Below, piece by piece: positions 26,301 to 39,800 of a stretch of DNA of 64,000 nt. The notes beneath the pieces were generated by a model. The model worked only from the letters and a program-made list of their open reading frames with translations, was not told the origin of the DNA and ran no database searches. How positions within the stretch are numbered: the first letter of the stretch is position 1; every line of letters begins with the position of its first letter. Origin of the DNA: Trichoplax adhaerens (Eukaryota > Animalia > Placozoa); NCBI RefSeq assembly GCF_000150275.1, contig NW_002060943.1, positions 4,794,008-4,858,007 of the forward strand, written 5' to 3'. The translations under genes were made by a program, and so were the position numbers.

Positions 26301-29300
26301 ATCGTTCACAGATGATGATTCTACAGAATTTAGTATGCTACTTTCCATGATTTCGAAAATTAACACGAATCAAAGGCTACGCTAGTTGCTCTGTAACTAT
26401 TACCGACCATCCATAAAAACATATAGTATGTAAACCTTAAAGTATTGAAATTTTTATTAAAACGCCCTAACAAGCGCTATACTGTACTGTATCGCGAGAC
26501 ATTGCGAATTTCCTTATTAGAAAATAAATGATCACTCTCGATATTTTACTGCCATAATATTCAAATTAATGGCTAATCAATTAATGCATGAATATCTAAT
26601 AATTCATATTAATCGCGATATTGAAATTGAACTTGTTGTTTCTTGTAAACAATTTTTAGGCCATCATAGAGTTTAGCTATTGGGCATCACTTTACTTTGT
26701 ACTTTGCGTACTTATATTTAATCTTGTGATAATGAAGTAAGCATTTAAGATTGTACTTTGATCAATATATTGCTGTTAAAAAGAAAATAGAAGTCTGAAA
26801 CTATTTGTAAAATTTATTTCTCAGCCTATTTGTAGCCATTGCTATCGAAGCATTCAATAAACTCACCAAGGATGATGATGATAATAATGCCCACCAAACT
26901 CAAAATGAAGTCAATGCTAGTGGAGTGGTAGAAGTGAGTTATTACTTATAACTTAGCGTATTAAGATTGATTAGTAAATGTTAGAAAAAATGTTAAGCAT
27001 CATTTTGAAAATTATTGCCTCCTAATCATATTTTCCGCACCAGAAAAGCGTAGCGCAAAACATTGGCAGCTTTTTCGTATCTGTTATGGCTAGTACAAGG
27101 GTACCGGTAAGAAGCCTCATCAGTCCATTCATTTAAAATCGATTTTAAAAAATCCAAATTAGAATGTTGATATTGTTGTTTATTAATGGTTTCCACCAAT
27201 GTGTATCTGCTTAGATTCAAACTGAGTCGGGAGATTTCACAAGAGAAATGCAAAGACCCGGCTTTGGAGATCGGCGACCATCTATTACTCCAATTGGCAA
27301 GTTGGTTGGAAGGAGATCCAGTTTAAAGGTAGTTTAGAGAATCAGAGTATCGCATGCCAATGTGTGATAGTATCATGCTATAAATACTGATGGATCCTAC
27401 CAATTTGTCCATATTTAAATATTAGCCAAGCATTAGTCCACAAGTAAAATCACCTTCGCCAACCATTCCTCCCCAAATCGATGAAAGTTCAGAGGTAAGA
27501 TTACCTGTTGGCCGTTTACTTTCCAGAGCATCCTGTTTCTTCGTAGCCAAATTTTATTTGAATGCTAGTACATTATTCAGTTGAACCCTACCATAAATAT
27601 AATTGCCATCTTTATAAACAGGAGGATGAAGACGACGTGAAAAATCTAAGCTTACGAGAGCGGGTAAATGCATATAAAAGTTGCAATAAATGCCTTTCAC
27701 ATCCGGAAAATAGCTTGATCAACTCGTGTTGGTGTTTATTACCGAAGCGGCATAATATTGAGATAAATTCTAGTCGTGAATATTCATTGATAGGACAACA
27801 AATAGAAATAAGATCTTCAATTTATAGTGATCGCACAGCAACCAATTCCTATTTTATCTTTTATTTATTCACCAAGCGTGAACGTATGCTGAAAAAGAGG
27901 ATGAAACAAAAGAAGAAAAATCACAGTAAACAATCGAAAATTATGCGAGCTATTACACCTTTTAAGGCTACCAAAGACACTGATCTTGATTTGGCTGTTG
28001 GTGACGAAGTGGTCATATTAGCTAAGGTAAATACTAGCAAAAACGCACTCAAATAAATTATCCATTATTGCTAAATCCAAATGTATTCATATTGTTTAAC
28101 AGAAATTAAATGAAACAGAAAGTAATTTTATTTCATGATCAGCACCTGCAATATCACATTTATTTATCGAATACCTACAAATTGCTTTGTTCCATTTAAT
28201 TGACGACGATCGTAAAGGAAACTCAATGTAGATCAAACTTATGTGATGTAGTTTTCATACATTGAAGACTTACGAATAGTTTATTATTTGCCAACTACGC
28301 TTTACGAAGACTGTAGAACAATTGTACGCTTATTTCAAGATTAACTTGTGCAGCTTTCATCTATCACCATCTAGCAGAATATCACTTTACTCACACCTTG
28401 CTAATAACTATTATTAAAAAAGGAAACTTGATTTAATTTCAGATTATATAGCTTTCGTTGATCGTTAATGGATGGTTTGCATATAGTTTATAAATTGTTA
28501 CTAGCGCCTTATTCCTAAATTAAAGAGAGTTCAACGTAGTCTTATTTTGAGATGAGTTCATCCAATGCCAAAGTTAAATGATCTAGGACTGTTTTTGTGA
28601 TAAGCAAAGCATCCAATTACACTTGCTAACTTATTTCTAATAGCGTCTTAGTGTCAATTTAAATCCACATTTAGACCTTCCTGAAATATCTCAGTCGAAC
28701 CAATGGCAAGCTTTTACCGTAGATTGTTACTTTTGAAATCCTAAGATTCATAAAAATCTATAGCCCATTATTTTGCATAAACTCGTACTCATGATGGATG
28801 AACATGGCCATTACATTATTAAATTTAAATAAGCTTTTATATCATAGTATTTATATGATTTCATTTTATAATGTTGTCAATGTTCAATCTAATTACAGCA
28901 AGATGACTGGTGGCAGGGAATGTGCAGAGGAAGGACGGGATGGTTTCCAGGTAACCCATTTTAAGTTAAAAAATTGGGTCTAGTAAAATTTCGTAAATAA
29001 ATAATAACTGCTATCTAATCTTCACTTGTCTTTCCTACTGTCTAAAATGCCGGTCGAATTGCAGTTTGTATCGAATGATATTTAATGGTACGCCCATTTT
29101 CTAATCGTTCATTTATATTACTGTTTAGCATCTCATGTGGCTGCTGCTCCACCTCAAGATCATAGTAAGTTGATCACTAACAACCGTAAATCGGATTCCC
29201 CTCGAAATGAGCAAGGACCAGATTCTCCTAAGCAACATCAAACTGCATGGGAAAATAGCCCTCACGCTATACCTGATCTTGAAGATCAAAATACGGTAAA

Positions 29301-30106
29301 CATATTTTATTATGATCAATTATACTGCTATGCTTTGTTGGCTAATATGAATTGATGATGTACCATGATAGAATGGTAATATGGCCACACTTCCTACAGA
29401 AAGAAGTAACAGCTTTGGAAATAGGTTAGTCATCCAATGTTACTATCAGGGTATGATTTTATCTTCCTAAGAACTATACACTATAATAATTTCTAATATT
29501 GTAATCTGTTTTTCTTAAATGATTAATAGTGGGCCAAGAGGTACAGGACATAAACTCAAGGTAAGCTATACTGTTTAATTATTAGATGGATTTACGCCGT
29601 AGTTATTGTAGCGTACTTCTGCTGATCTTTCATAATAGAAAAATCTCTCCATCTTCAATATAAACTTCATTTTTATTAAAAACATAACGTATTCGATAGA
29701 TGAAAAGGAAAACTGGTCTGGACTGGAGAAGAAATATTTTGGGAGAAATGACTGTGATGAATGCTGAAGAGGTATTGCAGCAGCAAGGAATAACTAATAT
29801 CGAATAGAATTAAGGCATAGTGATTTCAGAAATAGAATATTAAGACCTACTCTATAGAAGACTTTCATTAAATTGTGAAATTTTTAGATGCGAGAACTCA
29901 ACAAAATCATGAAATCGGATTTAATGAGAAGTCGAAGTGGAAGCTTTAGAAGTCAAGTAAGTTGATTTTTATAAGTTATAATTAATAATAATCGTTCCTA
30001 GGTACTTAAGCGTGCAAAATACTACGTGGATGTCGTCTGTATCTTGTGCAACTTGAACAATTTAATCAATATGAAACCATTTATGTTGGAAATTAGCAAC
30101 AAAAGG

Positions 30107-30137
<31 letters not shown>

Positions 30138-33060
30138 GCAACAATCACCGACATCTCCAATACAACCGCAGGCATCAAGCGATATTCCAAGTGCAGAAGT
30201 TCCACGAAGGCCAAAAAGATCTTCTTTAAATAGGTTAGTAAAATGAATGTAGCAATCTATATTGAAGGTGTCTCATGGATTTAGGCTTTAAATTATCGAT
30301 TTATATCAATCCTCGAATCCGTAACCCTAAATCAATTACAATTTTAAGAATTAAGCAATGATCTTGAGTCATTTTGCTAATCTAATTTTTTCTCGATGCT
30401 TTCTTCAACTCTATCTGCTATAGTAGGCAATCATCCGTTGATAGATGTAAGTAAAAAAATATCCCTTTTAGTTCTCAGTATTAAGCAGACTCACTAACAT
30501 TATCGTTATAGTCGGCTACCAGTTGTGCTAGTTTGATCGATGAGAATCGGTTATACTCTTATTGAATAGTATCATCAAAGTTCCAGAATTAAATATATAG
30601 TAAAATTGCTGAAACTTTTGATAAATACTAACATACTTGTTTAATAATCAACAGCTGAAGTAGCCCAAAAACACCATAGCTTACCGACAAGGCCAAAACC
30701 ACTTCTGCAGACGCATCCACTGCATACATCTGTTGAATCACCCGACGATTCATCATCTCAGGTATTAGAATCTCGCAAGATTGTTTATTTTCTCGCTTAT
30801 ATATTGTTCAAAGTAATACTATTAATGTTACTCATGAATCAATGATACTACTACAATAATAATCTTGGATTACCTTTAAAACTCGAAAAAGCATAAAATA
30901 ATACGAACATCAGTCAATTTAGTTTTAGATTTATTACTCTTGAAAATATACATGACTATACGCGTTTTAAAATTTATAATGCCTTTGCGTGATTGGATTA
31001 GGTTGCTCCTCCTGTTATCGCTATCGATCATGCTAATTCGCCAACACCGACACTTGAAGAACATTCTCCGACTGAGAAAAGAGATTCAAGTAATGAATTA
31101 TCGGTTAGTATGTCGCCTGCTGAAGCTAAAGAGAAGCGCAGAAATGAGAAAATGAGAAAAGCGAAGGAAAGTAAATCCGGTGAAATGCCAGACTGGATGA
31201 AGAAATTTATTTCGTCAAATAACTTAAACATTACCGAAGATGTTATGGACACTAATCAATTGGATAGTGTTAAGGAAGAGACGTAAGTTTCGATGTAAAT
31301 GATATAAATATTCACAAAAAATCTTCGATACAGCAACAATACCAAAAAATAATCCGTTACTAGCTTGTAAATTTCGCCTATATTATACATTAGTCGAGAT
31401 TCTGCACCTTAATCCCATGCTATTACTTTGAGTACGATAAATGATCACGAAACACAGCAATAATGTAATTAATAACTGTTTACGTAAAAATCAAGTTCAA
31501 GTAACACTCTCTCTTTAGGTTATTGATCTATCATAGTATTGGCAGTGATAAGCTTTTCTAATCTATCTTATCAACGATGTTATCATCAAATATTATCTAA
31601 ATTATTTATATAACAACTGATTTTAAAACATACTAAAATTATAAACATTAGCAGCCTATCTTATCTATTATATTGCCATCAAAGGACTTTAATCGATATT
31701 TATTTACATGAGAACTTAGGAAAAGTAGTTTTCCCTACATTAATTAATTATAATATCATGGTATATGGGTTATGCAGTATTAGCATATGAATTTTATTTA
31801 AACCTATAATACTGTAGGTAACGGATTAATATCTGAGTGTTACTTATTTATGATCAGATAATATTAATTTTCGCTTACACACTTATTAGAATGAGGAGCA
31901 ACATATGATTACCAATGAAGAAACCACAAATAAACTATCAAATAGATCTCTTATAATGTTATTATTACAAATTCCAGAACAATCTTATTTTTATAAATAT
32001 TTTAAATGATTACCACGTTGTAGACTGTGCATGAAATTATAGAAATACTAACTGGTTTCATGATCAATTTAAATAATATAGAGGAGAAGATCATGAGAAA
32101 GAAAACTCAAAAGAAGCTGAAACAAACTCTAATTCAACTACAGTAGATACACAAGATGGCCATGAAGCTGATTCCATCAAAGTTAACAACAGTACTGAGC
32201 AAAAATCCGATGTTAATATAACAAGTTCGTCCGCTCTGTCGATTGATTCTAAATCACTACAGGCTGAACAACAGCTTAATGTACAAGAATCATCAACCTT
32301 ATCACCTTTTGCATCACATTCAACTGTTCAAGATAGTAATTCTGTACCTAAATCAGATAATCACCATTCTGATGTAAATAATAACATCAGCAATATTAAA
32401 ATTGATGAAGCGAAAATTCAAAATGATGCGCATAGCGATAAACTGTCATCACAAGAAATAAATACCCCTGATTCTGCTGTAACAAGCCCACATAGCTTCA
32501 ATTATGGGTATAGTTTTGAATCAAATTACAATGGCTTGACAAAAATTCACGAGAATATTATTGAAGAAGAGGAAGAAGAAGAAGTAGATGAAGGAAATGA
32601 TGTTGATATTACCGCTTTAGCTATGGCTCAACTACAAATGCAAATGCAAGCTAATAGAAAAGCGTCCGATGCTACAATTGATGAAGATACACGATCAGAT
32701 ATTACTCAGTTATCCAACTTCACCCTTAAGGAAGACACTGGATTAAAAAATGACAATATACAATCATGTGAAGTAGCCAATGATGATCACTGCGAAACTC
32801 CACCGAATGCTCTCGATACAATTGCTGAAGGAGAAGAAGAAGAAGAAGAATACAACCATAGACATCAGGAATCAAAATCAGCCAAGCCATCGCAAATTCC
32901 AGAAAAAAATTTAAATTTCAACGATAGTAATGATAGCACAGCAAAGCAAAGTAATACTGCGCAAAATACAACTTTAGGATTAGGCAATCAATACAGTAAT
33001 GGCTCACTAAAACTACCATCATTATCCACGGCACCATATTCCAATGATGACACGGTGTAA
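17374..33060 (+). CDS. Two-pore-channel-related cation channel (2x6TM) with degenerate EF-hand linker, SH3 domain and long low-complexity C-terminal tail; ~41 exons, roughly 1,560 aa
   Basis: Exons chained by hand with consistent phase. N-terminal LAAAHIDDALNLR; pore I AFDNIAIAFLRLFVLLTTENYP-DIMIPAY; IS6 FFLTAILLAIIVDSYW; linker AWNLIDPLGQG; pore II FNTFGCSLLSVFQILTTSNWHEIM; IIS6 NLVIMNLFVAIAIEAF; SH3 RAITPFKATKDTDLDLAVGDEVVILAK-QDDWWQGMCRGRTGWFPASHV; last exon 32082-33060. Tail exon choice is less certain than the channel core. Confidence 0.85.
30109..30144 (+). repeat. (CAA)n trinucleotide repeat encoding a Q12 tract in the channel tail
   Basis: CAA x9, CAG, CAA x2, directly after a ttag acceptor and in the Gln frame. 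Confidence 0.9.
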
Positions 33061-33850
33061 ATAGTCAGCGAACTATAAAGTTCATATATTTACGATCCTT
33101 TCGACGATAAATTTCTTATTTTCGATAGCATTAATATTTATCATGTATCATGTATATCTTCAACTATTTTTAAAATTACAATCTTGGGTATGTAATGTTT
33201 AAATTGTTCTAATTCAACCACAGTTAGCAGACGTTACCTTATGTCAGTCTGTTCGTTTTATTAATGAAAGATGGAAAGACGTTTGTTTAATAACCATATA
33301 CATCATGTTAATTATTGCTCGATATTTGTCAATTTTAACAAGCGTTAATAACCTAATTGTTAAACTATATAACAGTTGTATATTCTAATTGTAATTAATA
33401 TTCATTATAAATGAATTAATTATAATTTAGTAGCAATTCTTGCCTATTGTCAATGTTTGTTGCGCTAAGAGCCAATAATAATGACAATTTAAATTTGCCA
33501 TGATTTAATATAAAATGAGTTCCCACTTCATTATGAACATCATATGATGTTCTTAGACTCTGTTCTTCATTTCAATTGGGATCTCATAATAATTAAGTTT
33601 AAATAACCACAGTCGGTAATATACTTTAGATACGTTGGCTCACAATTAAGTATACAGTAGTACTAAAGTAACTTCTTCATTATATTCTTTGTGTGCGTCC
33701 TTTGATCACAACAATTCATACGTGCAATATTTGTAAAATAATACTAATAAGCAGACATATATAGATATTCCCACCATCATTAAAAATAAAGAACTTAGCT
33801 AAGTTCGTTTAAGATCTATTTTGTATACAATTTCAATTGGTTATTATTAA

Positions 33851-36800
33851 TTAAGCGTAATAGCTAGGAGATATTAAGAAATCACTTAGAGCGCTCAGCT
33901 GGTCGACTGTAAAATATTGTTTATGCTCTTCCCAATTATCCAAATGAGTACGCTTGAATTCAGAAACGACGGATTTAACAGTAGTCTAACATTTAGAATA
34001 ATAATGACTTAATATTAATATCGATAGAATTGGCAACAAATTTAAAAACTGATTTTATTTACTATTCATTCCTTAACAAAAACTTACATGATAGCCTAAT
34101 GTATAGCAATAATACCTTAATTGGAGGAGGATCATTTAATCGGTCGCCGATAAATATTAAGATCTCCGGTAACCAAGGAGGAACATCATATGGAAAGGCT
34201 TGTATACATGCAGCGAGACCCAATATTGCAGAATGGCGCCGGCTAATCACTTTCTTAACTAATATTGTAAAGCCAAAAATAAAAGATTGAAGCTTAAATT
34301 CATGTGAGAATACTCTACGCATATTCTATACAATATTTTTACATTCAGTCGATGGTATATTATGTCTACGCTTGATTTTCGTCTCTGTTACGACATCTCT
34401 AAATTTGGACTAAAGAAAATTTAATATTTATTCTACAAGGTGTCAATTACAATTTTTTTTTTATATCATCATCATCTATGTATTGAAGTTATGACAACAT
34501 TATCTAAGTAAATGGTAATACCAGTTTCACGCTTGTTACTTCTAAAAATCCACATCTTAGTAGTCCACTATAAGTTGTTGATGCCATTTCTCTAACCTAA
34601 TGCACGAAGACTCTTAATTTTCTCAGAAATTTAGGATAAAATCTAGCAAAATTGTCTTTAACCTCAATTTGCTCATCAAATATCAACTTAAGTAAAATGT
34701 CTTCAATAGTGCTGGTCGCTGTGGTATGCTCAAATAATAGAAAGAGATTTCTAAACGTCATAACCTGCATTTAGAAAATTAAACAGTTCAGATATAAAAA
34801 TTTTTTGATATATGATACGAACTAAGGAGAATTTAATACCTGAATAAATAACAACATACTATAACGGTGATGCCATGAGTTAGATTGTACTACCTACGCA
34901 TTAAAAAATTAGTTGGTCATTACATGCAGCAGAAAATAAAACAGCATAGACTAAAACTTACTTGTGTTAAAGCAAGCATAACAGAATCAACCGCAGCATC
35001 CGATAGCTGTGCTTGAGCTAAATATCCGAAAGCCTAGACATCGTGCCATTGATGTATTTTAGTTCATAAGGGCTTTAAACTAAAGCTAAATGTAAGATAG
35101 CACATTTCGAACTAACCAGTTTACACAATATTTGCAGATCTTTATCATCTTCTTGATTTTCCAATCCGATTAACTAGCCAAAACATTTATAGAAGATAGC
35201 GAATTTATCATCTTTAATCGTACTATATTGCTAGAAAAGGCATGACCTACCAGTGGTAATAGCTTGTACGTGGCAATTGAATACGGCTGCGGCGTTCTGC
35301 TGTTTTGACGGTTGCAAGATATTAACCATTCTAATACTAAATTATTATATATTTTCATGCGTTATAATAATAAACCATATTAATAAAGAATTATCAGACG
35401 GAAACCGTAAAATTATCTATTACAGGTTTCGCTTAGTCTTAATGTCGCTTGCTTTTCTTCAGGGTCGACAAGTTCTACATTGCCGTCGCTCCGCTTGTCT
35501 TCAGTAAATAATTTCGATAGCGACGGAAGTAGGCTTTCGATAAATTTTGTCGCGGTAGGACCTTTACTGACGTAGTTCTTTGAGATAGCCACATCAAATT
35601 TGAAAATATCCCGCAAAAGGCTGAAGGAAGTGTTGTTAATAGTAGAAAGAACATAAAATTAGTTATAAATGTTGTTTTAAATAGTTATAAGGAAATCGAT
35701 GATAGCTTCAATTATACATGTACATTGCAATTTAGAAAAGTTCTGAAAATAATTTTAAGGTACCTGCCAAGCGATGAACGAACATCTTTGTATTGGTGAT
35801 CAAGCCAGGGACTTACTAACTTAAGAGCTAAATTTTGCACCTCATAGCCTTTCCATTCCATGTCGGAGACGAAAATACGAATCAAGGATAATGCACTAAG
35901 AAAAAATCGATAAATTATCGTTACGTTAGAATTTTAAAATTTAATTAGAATCTTTATAGTTATATTGATTTAATAGCATAAAGACCTAGCATCAAGGAAG
36001 GATGCTTGCTCGCCAGCAAATATATTTTCGTTAAATAATAGAGAAAACAGACTGCGTAGTCGTTTCGGATCTCGATTTTTCTATGGAAAAAATGATAAAT
36101 ACTTATTAATATAATATCATCATCAATCACCGTAATTAGCGATATCTTAAAGGATGTAATTTAAGAAAGAAAACTATTATCACTAATGCCATACACTGAT
36201 TGTTGTAACAAAAGTACACCAATCATTTATCGTTTCTCTGGAGATTGAATTGAATGCTTTCCGCAACAGAGGAGTTAAAAACAACCATAAATGTTGCTCC
36301 TGTGAAGTAATATTTTATTAAGCTCATCTTGTAGTTTTACATATGAAATTTCCATTGTTGACAAAGCAGCACTTACTTTTTCGCTACCCCAATGCTTAGA
36401 GCCACGAACCAATCCAGCAACGATCTCTAGTGCACATTTTTGACTACTGCTATGCTATATAGATTTATAAATAATAACCTATCATTAACATTCATAACCT
36501 TTCGTTAGCATTTTTTGTATCGTAATGTCAAGTAATGTACGAGTATTACTACCATATGCTCCATGCTTAAATCTACCTCAGTATCTGCGAAAAGATTTTC
36601 AACGTGTCGCTCAAACAGCGGTAGTAATGAATCCCCGAAATTGCGAAATATACCCTGCAATTGTACATATTCGTATATAAATTAGTATTGGAAGGCAATC
36701 TAATCGAAATTGTATCTGAACAAATTAAAGACTTGATATCATGAAATAATATAATACCTTAAACATAGCATAATTATGCATATTAAAGGCTTCATCTTTT

Positions 36801-39800
36801 GAAATTTCTAGCGAATAAAGCTTGATCAGTGACTCGATAAATTCATGACTGTTGAGTACCGCATACATTGCTGCTTCATGCTACATTAGAAAATTTCAAT
36901 ATGTGAAAGAATTAACAAAATGAAATCAGGAAATCAAAAATATTTGTACAGCCACTACCTCAGTCATCTCCTGGATACCCCTATCAACTTTCGGTTGCTG
37001 TTCTAATGCGGCATGAGTTAGTATTGACCTGCGTTTGATAATATTATATATTAGGTACGATTAAAAAGAATTTTAGAAGTGTTACATGTCAACAATATTG
37101 TGTCATAATATCTTACCTAGGCCATACGTTATTATATCCTATGTATGGTTTATCGATAAGCGTATTACTTTTCCAGTCTTTAACGTCAAATCTATTATTT
37201 TCTAATGGGAAAACGAGCCTAGTTGGCGTAAAAATCAAAATATTAATATATTTCTGTTTTTTAAGTAAATCAATTGAAATAGCAAGGCAACGAACCAGTC
37301 ATTATTGATATCGCTCTCCTCACTTGATGCTTCAGCACATGCTATATCATAAAGTTGATAGTAACTCTATTAAATTCGACATGCATTTGCACGTGGCGGT
37401 AAAAATTGTCCTCCGAATAATTTACAATTGACTATACCTGCATTTTTGACACTGATTTCAATTTTCAAATGCTTTCTTTTTAATTGTTTACAAATACTTG
37501 CAATGGCGGACACAGCCATCTAAATATAGCGTAGGCAGTTAATAAAACTAGACACCATGCTACCTATGTATACATTAAATAGGAAGTACACCTTGCGTAT
37601 CTCAATAGAATCGTGGATTAAATTTTTCGTGAAAAGTGCTATTGCACGTGGTAGCAACGGGATATCGATTCGAATCAGTTGCGCAATAAAACCTATACAG
37701 TACTGTAGAAACTGCCACCTCCTATAAGCAGCCATTGTAAAATACGTGTTTTCATTTAGCGAATAGTCGAAATTTGATTTGATATTACAAATTTTCCAAC
37801 TTACATATTATTGTCCCCTGTTTCACATAAATCTAGGAGAAGGTTGACTAATTCCATGTATTGCCTATTTGAAATCGTGTAAATTACTTTTTTTGAATAA
37901 TACGATGAATAGATTGAACATAGTTTCATAAATACCTGCGATTACAGTTATTCATTTCTTCCAAAAATAAGTCACCATCTTTATTACTCACGCTAACAGT
38001 TCCTGTTAAAGCTCGTGCTGCTTCCCTACATTCTACCGGAACCTAAGTTAATAATTTAGTTGTGTTAATGCTGATTTATGACCAAGTAAATATTGTTATG
38101 TTACTCCATTAACTTATCTGACCTCATATTTTAAAGCTAAGGTTGCATATTCTCGACACATTTGCTGATAAACTTTATTAATTAATATTAGGATAGACGA
38201 TTTTTCGGAATGATCAGCCTTAACTAATGCAGGCCAAATCTGCTGCATGTTCTCCCATTGGTGACACACAAATTTACATGTATCGGCATCCGTTAGAACA
38301 AACAGGGCACCCTTTCGATACCAAAAAAAAATATGATTCATTTCATTAGTGGAATGTCCAGCTACAATACAACTGCTAAAAACAATGAAATAAATACACT
38401 AGAGTACCTTAAATTCATCATGGCTAACTGAATTGTCGGCTTTTAGTTTATCAGTAATGAAAGGAAGACTATATGTACAAGAAAATAAGATGCTCTCGTA
38501 ACACAACAACAGCAGACCTTGTGCCTCTCTTCTTATCTGTTGGAATAAGCGTTTTTCAATATTAATATAATATCTGATCAAATATTAGCTATCATTTATA
38601 CATGTATAATAACCTCGCAATAGTCGCAAACGGATAACTTTAAAACATCGCTAATCATCATTTGATGGAGTTCTGTCATCCTGCAAGGATAGATATGATT
38701 TCTTCTTTTCTATATAGAATATAATTCACAGCCGTCAAATTAAGGTAACTTCAATTCCCGCAAAAAATATAATGTATATACCAGGTGCTGGAGGTAGCTT
38801 TTCTCAATCACAATTTGCCTTATACAGTTACAGTGTCCGAGGAGCTGTAAAGCAATGTAAAAATGCGTATATTGTGGCATAAGCAACTATTCTAGACAGT
38901 CAAACCAATATCATGCTGAAAAGGTGAATACCTTATTACTTATTAGGCGCTTCCACCAATTGGCCAAGAATTCTCTTTAATGCAATAAAGACATTCAATT
39001 ACTAGGGAATTTTATTAGCTAAATAGATAATTAAAATACAATTTCTACCTCTCCTGTAAGTGGTCATTTTGTCCTCCATAATTAAATAAGACTTGATCGT
39101 AAATCTAACATAAAGACGTAATTTATACATTTTAATTTCATGTAATTTACAGTTACTCATAAAGACAAAATGTAATCTGTTAAGTATCTGATCGAAATAA
39201 TAAATGTAATTACCGATAGCATCAGATTAAATGACTTTGTATCATCCGTTACATGATCCAAAAAGTAACCTACAGTACAAAATTAAGAGTATAACCATGC
39301 GTGTTAAGATAATCGGGCATGTGGGTATACAATAAATTGAGAAGCATAGTAAAATTTATACCAATGGCTGTATGAATACAATTAGCGACAATTTCCCGTA
39401 AGCATACTGTGTTCTTAGAGACTAATGTTAGTAATAAAAAGAATTAGAGATGAAATAACATTGAAAAAATTGGTAACATATAAATTACAAAAAAAGTTAT
39501 CCATACATTTAGATGTATTTTCTGTACATAGTATAATTTCCTCGCTGTAGGGAACAACTGAGGGGACTCTGGAATTGTTTTAAAAAAAACATTAGCCTAA
39601 ATTACCAACAAAATACAAAGTATATATATTTCGTAAGAATTTTAGGTTAATAAGCGTTGTATAAACCAACAATGGAGATAGATATGGTTTGTCCCAAGGC
39701 GGTAAAGCTTCTCCAGCACCAGTGAGGATACAATAAATTATATGAAGACACTGGTGAATTTCTTCCCTATGAAAAATTATTAAGGAATCGTTTATAATAA

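Noticed and set aside
30026-30229. ORF with a poly-Asn tract
   Set aside because: Wrong frame; splice phase shows the exon is read as poly-Gln within the channel gene.
32536-33060. Stand-alone acidic protein
   Set aside because: The frame is open from the acceptor at 32082 and in phase with the previous exon, so it is best read as the channel's last exon.
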